Shown: positions 47,848 to 56,018 of the stretch, piece by piece
Numbering within the stretch: the first letter of the stretch is position 1
Layout: each line of letters opens with the position of its first letter
Source: Clostridia bacterium
GTDB taxonomy: Bacteria; Bacillota; Clostridia; RGIG6154
Direction: 5' to 3'
DNA: 62,914 nt
Assembly (NCBI GenBank): GCA_045589295.1
Contig: JAZNOU010000010.1
Span: 1 to 62,914 of the forward strand
Made by a program: the position numbers and the translations under genes
Notes under the pieces: model-generated
Told to the model about the DNA's origin: nothing
Seen by the model: only the letters and a program-made list of their open reading frames with translations
Database searches by the model: none

Positions 47848-49212
47848 ATGAAAGATTCAAAATTCATACGAGAAATAAAATTATTAATTAATTTCGTGCG
47901 CTCATACGGAATTCATCATCTTGATTATTATGTAGATGTTAATTCATTATCACCAATTAAAACTGACAAACAAAATGAAATTATTAAAAAAATACATAAT
48001 GGTTTCTTTTTGGCACAAGAGAATGTTATAAGATTATTAACTAAAGTTTTAATGGAGCAAAAGGAATTAAAGAAGGAGTTAAAAGAAAGTCGACGAAATC
48101 GTGACGAAATAGCAATTAAAGAATATGAAAACAAACTTAACAAAGTTAAATATCAAGAATGCACATTACGAAAAATAATGGATTCCATCGCGTGGCAGAT
48201 TTTTCGTTATGATTTATCAAGTATTCGCAGATTATATAATGGTAATACTTGTATTGATATAACTGATTCAAATATAGTATCTGAAATTGAATATATAAAT
48301 TCCCATAGAGAACATAATCCTGTCGATTTTGTATTAATTAACGATTTAACATCATTCCTTCAAGTTGGAGATATAACAATAGTTAGCAAAGATAAAAAAA
48401 TTCAAATAGTTGAAATGAAAAGAGGAAAAGTTAACAATGAAATATTAAATATTATCAACGATTTTTCAACAAATCCGTGTCCCAGAAAATTATATTATAC
48501 ACTTGAAAATAAAGATAAAAAATTTATGGAACAATTAAAGCGAGATTTAAAACAAATGCAGAATGCCATTAATGTTGATAATATATTTAAAAAAGGGGAA
48601 GGAATTGATAATGTCCTTGGGAAAAATGTGAAAATTATTCAAGAAGAAATAGAGCTTAATACATTTGATAGAGAATTGTTAAATTTAATTGAGAAGTGTA
48701 AAAAGAATAATTATGCTATATCTATTATAGAAGATTGTCTATTTATTGGGGTGTACAATACAAATAAATTTCCGAGTAATATATTTGATGCTTGGGTGAA
48801 CCCTTTAAAAATTAAAACTCCTATTTTTGATTTGAGACAATCATTAACTATACCTTTAGCCTATCCATTATTTTTACATCCTTTTTCAGATAATATATTA
48901 GCTGATATAGTATCCGGGGATATTGTTATTAAAATGACTATGAATATTGAAGCATTACTTAAGAAAATCGAAAGCAAAGGATTGAAAATAAGATGGCTTT
49001 CCAAAAGAGAAACGGCAAGAATAAACACTCAGCTTAAAGGAGCTAACCATTTATTTATGATGGATGGATGTGGAATATCTATTGAAAATGATGATAATAG
49101 TTATTTTTTATTTGATGGTTTATTGTTAAGAATATTCAGTAGTTTCAATATCCCCTCTGCTATCGTTGAATATATTCTTGCTACATTTAATTATATTGAT
49201 AACGACAATTAA
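47848..49212 (+). CDS. Hypothetical 454-aa protein with possible PD-(D/E)XK nuclease motif
   Basis: NDLTSFLQVGDITIV...IQIVEMKRG; very AT-rich; own terminator-like IR downstream. Confidence 0.6.
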   Translation: MKDSKFIREIKLLINFVRSYGIHHLDYYVDVNSLSPIKTDKQNEIIKKIHNGFFLAQENVIRLLTKVLMEQKELKKELKESRRNRDEIAIKEYENKLNKVKYQECTLRKIMDSIAWQIFRYDLSSIRRLYNGNTCIDITDSNIVSEIEYINSHREHNPVDFVLINDLTSFLQVGDITIVSKDKKIQIVEMKRGKVNNEILNIINDFSTNPCPRKLYYTLENKDKKFMEQLKRDLKQMQNAINVDNIFKKGEGIDNVLGKNVKIIQEEIELNTFDRELLNLIEKCKKNNYAISIIEDCLFIGVYNTNKFPSNIFDAWVNPLKIKTPIFDLRQSLTIPLAYPLFLHPFSDNILADIVSGDIVIKMTMNIEALLKKIESKGLKIRWLSKRETARINTQLKGANHLFMMDGCGISIENDDNSYFLFDGLLLRIFSSFNIPSAIVEYILATFNYIDNDN

Positions 49213-49344
49213 TCTAAACAAACAAAAAGAATCGTTCTGTTTTTAATAACAAAATGATTCTTTTTGATTATACACTAACATATCTGCTATGATGCTGACT
49301 ATAAAAGAAATGTAGCCAAAATATCTTCTATACGTTATTTTCTT

Positions 49345-49920
49345 TCATAAATTTACTGCATTGTAACAATCAATAATCACTTTTTGAGTAATACCTATGT
49401 ATCTTAATGTAATTGCACTCGATGAATGATTTAAGAGTTTTTGAAGTGTTTCTAATGGTACCTTATTAATGTATCTGTGATATGCCATAGTCTTTCTCAA
49501 TGTATGTGTACCGAAATTACCTTTAATCCCTAAATCATTTGTAAGTGTTTTAATGATATGATGCAGAGGTCTTACTCCTAAATGACTACCTTTTCGACTT
49601 TTAAATAGGAAATCCTCCATATCATAGTGTGCTAAAGAGTTAAGATATATCCGTATCGCATCTTTAGCATTTTTATTTAATGCGAAATTCCTTGTTTTTC
49701 CCGTTTTCTGTTCTTTGATAGTTACTGTATCAAATATTATATTTCCGTCTGTAACATCTTTAATTTTTAATGATAATAAATCTCCTGCTCTTAATCCAAC
49801 ATTGATTCCCACAACAAATATACAGTAATCTCTCTTGTTTTCTTTTCCGTATAAATATTGCTTGATTTTGTTAATATCTCTTGTGTTTTTAATTGGTTCA
49901 ACCTCTTTGGGTAATGTCAT
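49345..49920 (-). CDS. Short tyrosine recombinase (catalytic domain only)
   Basis: GLRAGDLL, KTGK, HTLRKT, LNHSS..IT.RYIG. Confidence 0.92.
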   Translation of the reverse strand: MTLPKEVEPIKNTRDINKIKQYLYGKENKRDYCIFVVGINVGLRAGDLLSLKIKDVTDGNIIFDTVTIKEQKTGKTRNFALNKNAKDAIRIYLNSLAHYDMEDFLFKSRKGSHLGVRPLHHIIKTLTNDLGIKGNFGTHTLRKTMAYHRYINKVPLETLQKLLNHSSSAITLRYIGITQKVIIDCYNAVNL

Positions 49921-50011
49921 ATGTTTAATCTCCTTTTTCAATTGTAACTTAATTTTTTACAATTATATATCGCGTGTGTGAAAAAGTACACCGTTTTTCA
50001 CATAAACAAAA

Positions 50012-50159
50012 AATATTACCTTTTGCCCATTTAATGAACATAAGGTAATATTCAAAACTTGTTTTTATTAAATTTTAAATCTCATATTTCCCGAAACCAT
50101 TACAAGAGTTAAGTTTGAAAGATTTTTAGCAATATTACCTATTGATAAAAGGTAATATT
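50012..50159. repeat. Two inverted pairs of AATATTACCT (candidate recombinase-binding sites)
   Basis: 50012-50022 / 50042-50052 and 50131-50140 / 50150-50159. Confidence 0.75.
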
Positions 50160-50201
50160 ATAGTATAATATAACTACATTAAACCGAAAAAGGAGAAACA
50201 A

Positions 50202-50750
50202 ATGACTAAAAAGATAATTAAAGAAACCCCGTTTGGCTACAAAACCTCAAAAGAATTTTTTAACAGAATAATTACTCCAAAATTCATTAAACTTACTAAT
50301 CACAATATTGATTCCGACTTATTCGAGCTATACTATGACTTCATTTTTGCTGCAGGTGCATTAAGAGATTGGATTATCAATGAATTTCATTTGACATCTT
50401 CGCAAATAGCCAAATACTTTTTTGAAGATAAATACTTTAATATTTTACAATCAATATATAACAATACAAAACACTATGAATTGGACACTGGCAAAAGGAA
50501 ATATGATGTTCTATTAGATGGTAAGTCTCTATTCAATGCAGACGAAAATGGAGATTGCTATTGGGATGATAATGCGATATGGGATGATGAAGCTCTTTGG
50601 GCGGATAGAATTGAAGGCGAAAGTGGAAATTTCAACTATATCTGCACAGTCGTTGAAAACAAAACAGATAACATAGAAAGTATATATTTATTTGAAATTT
50701 GCAAACAAGTTTATTATAATTATAAATCAATAATAACCAATTTAGAATAA
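50202..50750 (+). CDS. Hypothetical protein, possible HEPN-like
   Basis: RBS AAGGAG; F..A..LRDWI...YNNTKH; promoter TTGATA-16-TATAAT at 50142-50169. Confidence 0.6.
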   Translation: MTKKIIKETPFGYKTSKEFFNRIITPKFIKLTNHNIDSDLFELYYDFIFAAGALRDWIINEFHLTSSQIAKYFFEDKYFNILQSIYNNTKHYELDTGKRKYDVLLDGKSLFNADENGDCYWDDNAIWDDEALWADRIEGESGNFNYICTVVENKTDNIESIYLFEICKQVYYNYKSIITNLE

Positions 50751-51083
50751 TATCTCCAAAGATTCAACCATTGATTTCCCTACTTATTATCCACATATCT
50801 ATTTTAACAAATACGCTACCAGAATTTTAAAAACACATAATTAATTCTAACTGATACTTCACGACATCTTTTGGAGTTTTTTTAAATCGCTTAAAATGTT
50901 TTGGAATTAATTAGAATTACATAGACTTATTTAAAAAAATATTTTTTGCTTGTCCGAGTTTTGTTTTTAAAAATTTTTTATATCCATTTTGCTTGCTTTT
51001 TTATTTCGTTTATTTTGCAAAAATAACTCTTGCATTTTTATTCATTTTGTGATATACTGTATTTTGTAAGGAAGGTGTTATAT

Positions 51084-51458
51084 ATGTCTAACTATACATT
51101 CGATTTTAATTTTGTAAAATCTGGCGCCCCTATTGTAACTATAAGTTCACTTGGTCTTTCGTTCAATAGAATTTCTCGTACACTTTTAAAATTCCCATCC
51201 AAGATTAACGTTGGTTTTGACGAAAATGCTCGAGTTATTGGCATTAAAGCTCATGATGAAAACTCAAGTGTTGCCAACTATGAATTTGAAAGTCGTGTGA
51301 AAAATGAATGGATACGCATTGGATGTAAAGATTTCATCAAATACTTATCGAGTATAACAAAAATAGATTTTACAACTGCAAAACAATTTATTGCTGAATA
51401 TGACGACTTATTAAAAATGCTTATTGTTGTCGTTGATGAAGACCATATTAAAAAATAA
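51084..51458 (+). CDS. Hypothetical protein
   Basis: RBS AAGGAAGG; 124 aa; upstream TTGCAT...TATACT. Confidence 0.65.
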   Translation: MSNYTFDFNFVKSGAPIVTISSLGLSFNRISRTLLKFPSKINVGFDENARVIGIKAHDENSSVANYEFESRVKNEWIRIGCKDFIKYLSSITKIDFTTAKQFIAEYDDLLKMLIVVVDEDHIKK

Positions 51459-51487
51459 TACAATAAAAAGAAAAAAGATAGTGTGTA

Positions 51488-51672
51488 ATATGTATGTGCG
51501 AAATACATATCCTCACTATCTCCCAGCTTGACAAAGCAATCACCAAAGGTGAGTACAATATCAAATTCAACGTATATATTATACCACCTTTGGATCCAAA
51601 TTGCAATACCCTTTTGTCAAGAATATGAAAGGAGTTGCTCTGGGTCTTTTTATTGTTTTATATAAAACAATA
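51488..51672. ncRNA. Structured leader with candidate antisense RNA
   Basis: Long hairpin 51527-51621; minus-strand TTGCAA-17-TATAAT inside it; hairpin 51488-51510; 22-bp palindrome 51651-51672. Confidence 0.5.
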
Positions 51673-51692
51673 GAGTAAGGAGGTTTAAAAAA

Positions 51693-51812
51693 ATGGCTAA
51701 AACCAAAAGCAGTGTACGTGGAGTCCAAAACAAAAAAATTGTTGTGGTTAAAGGTTACACTAAGAAAAATGGTGTTAAAGTTGACGGTTATAGACGTTCT
51801 ACACCAAACTAA
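51693..51812 (+). CDS. 39-aa basic peptide; not in ORF track
   Basis: RBS AAGGAGG; MAKTKSSVRGVQNKKIVVVKGYTKKNGVKVDGYRRSTPN; downstream hairpin AGGGTTG/CAACCCT. Confidence 0.7.
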   Translation: MAKTKSSVRGVQNKKIVVVKGYTKKNGVKVDGYRRSTPN

Positions 51813-51884
51813 CAGTTTAGAATTAACAGAAGGGTTGCTTAAACAACCCTCTAAACTTACAAGAGATAAAAATTTAATTTAAGG

Positions 51885-52850
51885 ATGGTGTTTTTTATTA
51901 AGAGAGGAAAAAACTATTTAAATATCCCTCAAATCACTTTAGAGGAAATTAAAACAACCAAAACAAATTATATACAGCTTGGGTGCGTGTTAAAAGCTTC
52001 TAAAAATGACATTAAAAACGGTTGTTACAAAGATTTATCAATAGAAATAAAAAATGGAAATGTAAAATATATCGATAGTATACTCCCTCCAACATACAAT
52101 GGCAGATATTCTTCATACAACCAAAAAGGAAGAAGTATAATCAGAAGAAACTTGCCTAAAGTAACAAAGTGGTTTTCTCACGATATATACCCTTATGGAG
52201 ATACATCAAGAAATACTGTTTTAGCAACATACTCACGAAAAGTATGGCAAAGAGAAGAATGGCTTCCTGAGTTTTTAACATTTAGTGTCTCTTTAAAACA
52301 AGAAGATTCAGAATTTTGTTACTTTATCATTAAATGTGAAGAAATTATTGACAAAAGGTCTAATGATGCAGAATTCAGAGTTCTTTATAATATTAACTTA
52401 ATATCCGAAAACTGCGGAAATTATCAAATCATAGAAAATGATAAAGATGATGACTACATTTTAAAAACATTATATGTAAACTGGGAACTTCTTCCTCCTG
52501 GGCATATCGAAATCCAAAGTATAACAAGAAATTTCGAAACAAAGTCGCCTCAAGAACAAAAAGAAGTATTAGAAAGATTTGAATATATTAAATCTTTTAA
52601 TCCTAAAAAACTTATAAAAGGTTCAAACAAGTTTTCACAATATTTCGGTGCTATAATGAGCAACGACGTAGTTGTACTTGAAAATACCCATGTCGGAAAT
52701 GCAATTTATGTATTTTACAATGATTGGGAGATTTTATCCAAACTCAGCCGAACAGAGCTTTTAAGAATGAATTCAAAAAACGTTACAAGAATACGTCACT
52801 CTGGTAATTGGAAAGAGTTGCTAAATAAAACAATAAACAACAAAGAATAA
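51885..52850 (+). CDS. Hypothetical protein (mobile-element cargo)
   Basis: 321-aa ORF; VNWELLPPG, YFGA, LEN..GNAIYVF...W..LSKLSRTELL, RIRH. Confidence 0.7.
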   Translation: MVFFIKRGKNYLNIPQITLEEIKTTKTNYIQLGCVLKASKNDIKNGCYKDLSIEIKNGNVKYIDSILPPTYNGRYSSYNQKGRSIIRRNLPKVTKWFSHDIYPYGDTSRNTVLATYSRKVWQREEWLPEFLTFSVSLKQEDSEFCYFIIKCEEIIDKRSNDAEFRVLYNINLISENCGNYQIIENDKDDDYILKTLYVNWELLPPGHIEIQSITRNFETKSPQEQKEVLERFEYIKSFNPKKLIKGSNKFSQYFGAIMSNDVVVLENTHVGNAIYVFYNDWEILSKLSRTELLRMNSKNVTRIRHSGNWKELLNKTINNKE

Positions 52851-52858
52851 GTATTTAG

Positions 52859-52887
52859 AAATCAGGGGTCAAAACGACCTCTGATTT
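52859..52887. terminator. Bidirectional terminator; lies just after the alternative recombinase stop codon
   Basis: AAATCAGGGGTC-aaaac-GACCTCTGATTT. Confidence 0.75.
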
Positions 52888-52897
52888 TGTATAAACA

Positions 52898-53014
52898 TTA
52901 AATTGCAACATATACTGTAACTTTTACATTATTATACAAGTCTCTATGATAACTCCCTAAACGTGAGGAATTTATACTCTCCAAAACGGAATACCTATTT
53001 TGGATAATAGGTAG
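52898..53014 (-). other. Orphan 38-codon segment that becomes the recombinase C-terminus after excision
   Basis: LPIIQNRYSVLESINSSRLGSYHRDLYNNVKVTVYVAI*, in frame with the recombinase when the GGTA cores are joined. Confidence 0.7.
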
Positions 53015-53017
53015 GTA
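52992..53017. other. Right att junction of element 1
   Basis: Arm ATTTTGGATAATA 52997-53009, core GGTA 53014-53017; extra IR TACCTATT/AATAGGTA. Confidence 0.85.
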
Positions 53018-53391
53018 CAGAAGAACTTGCTCACATGGAGATCGTTGCAACAATTGTTCGCCAGCTTTTAAAGGGAAGCGGAAGAGAACAGATTGCAGAC
53101 GAATACAGTCCGATGTATATTGACCACGGCCTTGGAATCTATCCTGCATCTGCTGCCGGCGTTCCTTACACTGCCGCCTCAATGCAGGTTAAGGGCGATC
53201 CTATCACCGATATAGCAGAGGATATGGGTGCAGAACAAAAAGCACGCTCAACTTATGAATATATTTTAGATATGGCTGACGATCCTGATGTCATCGACCC
53301 TATCAAATTCCTAAGAGAACGTGAAATTGTTCACTTCCAGCGCTTTGGTGAACCAATCCATACTAATTTAAGGAGATTTTTCCCATACTAA
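53014..53391 (+). CDS. cotJC: CotJC central segment; family similarity ends at QRFGE (~53352), then a 12-aa atypical tail
   Basis: GTEELAHMEIV, AAGVPYTA, KGDPITDIAEDMGAEQKARSTY, FLREREIVHFQRFGE. Confidence 0.92.
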   Translation, partial: GTEELAHMEIVATIVRQLLKGSGREQIADEYSPMYIDHGLGIYPASAAGVPYTAASMQVKGDPITDIAEDMGAEQKARSTYEYILDMADDPDVIDPIKFLREREIVHFQRFGEPIHTNLRRFFPY

Positions 53392-53424
53392 AAGACACCG
53401 CAACCGATTGAGTTGCAGTGTCTT
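53392..53424. terminator. Hairpin terminator between cotJC segment and recombinase 2
   Basis: AAGACACCGCAAC-cgattga-GTTGCAGTGTCTT. Confidence 0.7.
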
Positions 53425-53473
53425 ATTTTGTTTGTTAAAGTATATCATATTACTAATAAAAAAGCAATACCTT

Positions 53474-55000
53474 TTAGATGTTCCAGACGATTTCAGCATT
53501 ACCATCCTCGTCTATAATGATGCGGTTTATAATGATACCACATACACCACGCTTTTCCTCAAAGGAAGCGGTTTTCCATTTCTTAGATAGGTTTATAGCT
53601 TGTTTAACATCAATTTCTGTATTTTCAAGTTCTTCTATCTTCAAAAGAAGTTCTGTTTTCTCAGTTTTGAGTTTAGATGCCCTTTGGCTCATAATCTCAA
53701 TCAAATCAGAATTTGCTTCAGGACTCATCAGCATATCTGCAATCTTATTCTGTGACAGTTCTACGGATTTAAGCTTATTCCTGAGTTCATTAATCTCAGG
53801 ATGCAGATTCTTCCTCTCGCTTGTCCTGATATTCTTCAAGGTTTCAAGCTTATTGGCGATTTCGGTATAAACCATATCTTCAAGGCTCTCTGCATAAATT
53901 GTGCCTTTAGTTCCTTTACAATCCTTGAAATGAGTTTTGCCTGTGCAAGTAAAATACCTGCGGATTTCTCCGCTTCCTGTCTTGCCCTTGATTGTAGTCA
54001 TAGTCCTGCCACATCTGCCACAGATGATTTTTCCTCCGAGCCAAGAGGTTTTATTAGATACTGCATTTCGTATCTGCTTGTTTTTAGATAGCTTCTGCTG
54101 ACATTTAAGCCAAGTGTCGCTATCTATAACCCCCTCGTGTGTCATTACCACTACTTTGATGTCAGACCAATCGCTATTGTCAGCCTCGTGCTTTGTTTTG
54201 CCATAAATCTGTATGCCGTGTATTCCGTCAAAGGCTTCGGGGGGACTTATGATTTGTGCATTGTGCATTTGAAAATACTCATACACTCTGCTGTCTGCTC
54301 TTACATAAATAGGGTTTTTAATGATTGTAGATAGCTTGGCAGTAGTCCATCCGCCACCCGATAAGGTTTTGATGTCATTCTCAACAAGATTCTTTAAAAG
54401 CCTACCTAAAGACACTTGCTCAACTGCATAGGTATCATATATGTATTTGACTTGCTCGATTTCATCAGGAATGGGTTTCAGTCGCTTTGTTTTTATATTA
54501 TGTATAACGGTAGGCTCTAAATCAAAACCATAGGGTTTCCGACCGCCCATATAGAAGCCCATTTCGCTTCTGTGTTCATAAGCTTGGGTTACACGGGCTA
54601 TTATTGCATCACGCTCATAGGCAGCAAAGCAAGCTAAAATCGTTAAGATAAGCTTACTTGAAGGATTTGAAGTGTCAAATAGCTCCTGTGTGGAAACAAA
54701 CTCCACACCACATTTTTTAAATGTGTCAAGAATATTTATAAAATCAACAAGACTTCTTGAAATACGGTCAAGACGATATACAATAACTTTAGTGATTTTA
54801 CCTTGCTCGATTTTTCGCATCATACTTTGAAATCCATCACGGTCTGTATTACCACCGGAAAAGCCATTGTCAACAAATGTAAGTATCTTTTCGCCTCGTT
54901 CATCAGGCTTTATCATTGCTTTACAGTATTCAAGCTGGGTTTCGCAGGAGATTGAATTTTCCCGCTCGATTGACTTTCGTGCATAAAGGGCAATAGCCAT
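53474..55000 (-). CDS. Large serine recombinase of element 2
   Basis: ALYARKS, VYRLDRISR, GGRKPYGF, CGRCG, coiled coil, terminal EIVWNI. Confidence 0.95.
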   Translation of the reverse strand: MAIALYARKSIERENSISCETQLEYCKAMIKPDERGEKILTFVDNGFSGGNTDRDGFQSMMRKIEQGKITKVIVYRLDRISRSLVDFINILDTFKKCGVEFVSTQELFDTSNPSSKLILTILACFAAYERDAIIARVTQAYEHRSEMGFYMGGRKPYGFDLEPTVIHNIKTKRLKPIPDEIEQVKYIYDTYAVEQVSLGRLLKNLVENDIKTLSGGGWTTAKLSTIIKNPIYVRADSRVYEYFQMHNAQIISPPEAFDGIHGIQIYGKTKHEADNSDWSDIKVVVMTHEGVIDSDTWLKCQQKLSKNKQIRNAVSNKTSWLGGKIICGRCGRTMTTIKGKTGSGEIRRYFTCTGKTHFKDCKGTKGTIYAESLEDMVYTEIANKLETLKNIRTSERKNLHPEINELRNKLKSVELSQNKIADMLMSPEANSDLIEIMSQRASKLKTEKTELLLKIEELENTEIDVKQAINLSKKWKTASFEEKRGVCGIIINRIIIDEDGNAEIVWNI

Positions 55001-55052
55001 AACTACACCCCTTTCTGTAAGCGGAGCGGATGTTTCCGCTCCACTCCCTTAA

Positions 55053-55229
55053 TCAGCCTGCTTTATGCGTGAAAATCCTGTAGAGTTCCTCTACGATTTG
55101 TTCTTCAAGTTCCTTTCGCTGTTCAGCGTTAAAAACAACGCTGTGCTTAACTTCTTTGATTTTATTTGATATATCAGTATAATTTGTATGGTATCCTGTG
55201 TTAATTGTTGTTGCAACTGCTTGTAGCAT
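55053..55229 (-). CDS. 58-aa protein upstream of recombinase 2 (candidate directionality factor)
   Basis: RBS GGAGG; EEQIVEELYRIF; hairpin GGAGCGGA/TCCGCTCC between it and the recombinase. Confidence 0.65.
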   Translation of the reverse strand: MLQAVATTINTGYHTNYTDISNKIKEVKHSVVFNAEQRKELEEQIVEELYRIFTHKAG

Positions 55230-55299
55230 AGTATCGACCTCCGATTTTTCTTGTTCGATAATAAGCATATTATCTTAACACGGACACACGAAGTTCCGC

Positions 55300-55983
55300 C
55301 TATATATTGCCGCATAAAGCGACTTCGTTATCAATATCAAGACTGCCATCCGTAACAAAAATAATGTGATTAAACGCTGTATTCAGCTCATTATTAACTA
55401 TATGAAGGATAGCCTGTCTGTTATACTCAAAAAATACGCTTGAGAGCATTTCAGGCACAACCTTACTCCGCTCCTTGTATTTCCTATCGTAGTAATGGCA
55501 ATCGGTTATAACACCCTTGCCGTTTCTGTATTGCATTTCTAAGTAAATGCCTCTGTGTATTCGGTTCTTGAACCGAGTTTTAATAACTGAGGGGATGCCA
55601 TCTATAAGCTCTCCCTCTCCTACACATATAAGAAAATTAAGTTTTCTCTGCATAGCTTTAAGCTGTAATTCGATAAATTCATCCTTAGTCAAGTCTGCAA
55701 ATTTATCTGTAATCTCTACACCGAAATACTTTCGGTCAAGTTCAGAAGCAATAACATCAAGCATTTCATTATAACTGAACTCTCTTGTTACAAGCTTCTG
55801 CGGAGAGCTATAATACTCTCCGCTCCCACTTCTTATACGGTCAAGATAAAAACAATTTATAACCGATAGGCTGTTTTTACCCTCTCTTATTTCTAAGTAA
55901 ATAAGTCTGCCGTGTTTGGTCTTAATGACAGAGCGGTAATTCCCGCTCTCTGTCTTGTGCAGTATTAACTGCTGTTTCTTCAT
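55300..55983 (-). CDS. Hypothetical protein made of two homologous domains
   Basis: SVIKT...IYLE...CFYLDR...SEL repeated as SVIKT...IYLE...CHYYDR...NEL; RBS AAGGAGG. Confidence 0.7.
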   Translation of the reverse strand: MKKQQLILHKTESGNYRSVIKTKHGRLIYLEIREGKNSLSVINCFYLDRIRSGSGEYYSSPQKLVTREFSYNEMLDVIASELDRKYFGVEITDKFADLTKDEFIELQLKAMQRKLNFLICVGEGELIDGIPSVIKTRFKNRIHRGIYLEMQYRNGKGVITDCHYYDRKYKERSKVVPEMLSSVFFEYNRQAILHIVNNELNTAFNHIIFVTDGSLDIDNEVALCGNI

Positions 55984-56018
55984 ATCACATCCCTCCTTGT
56001 TTGGTATGGCGGTAGCGG

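Larger units (their letters stand above)
39004..53017. mobile_element. Element 1: 14,010-bp serine-recombinase integrative element (skin-like) inside cotJC
   Basis: GGTA direct repeat at both ends; 13-bp inner inverted arms; recombinase at left end; AT-rich cargo; removal restores the cotJC frame. Confidence 0.9.

Noticed and set aside
47080-49999. 14-bp direct repeat GTACACCGTTTTTC (47080, 49986) as ends of a nested element
   Set aside because: Short, each copy lies in a different hairpin, no further shared flanking sequence; cannot be supported
39004-53017. Intact prophage, conjugative element or group II intron
   Set aside because: No capsid, terminase, tail, T4SS, relaxase or reverse transcriptase genes recognised
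52898-53182. 94-aa minus-strand ORF as an independent gene
   Set aside because: Its first 56 codons are antisense cotJC with no clear RBS; only the last 38 codons are meaningful, as the alternative recombinase tail
53035-53391. 118-aa ORF as a complete small catalase
   Set aside because: Lacks the N-terminal helices found at 38821-39007 and starts after the EELAH motif; it is a gene fragment
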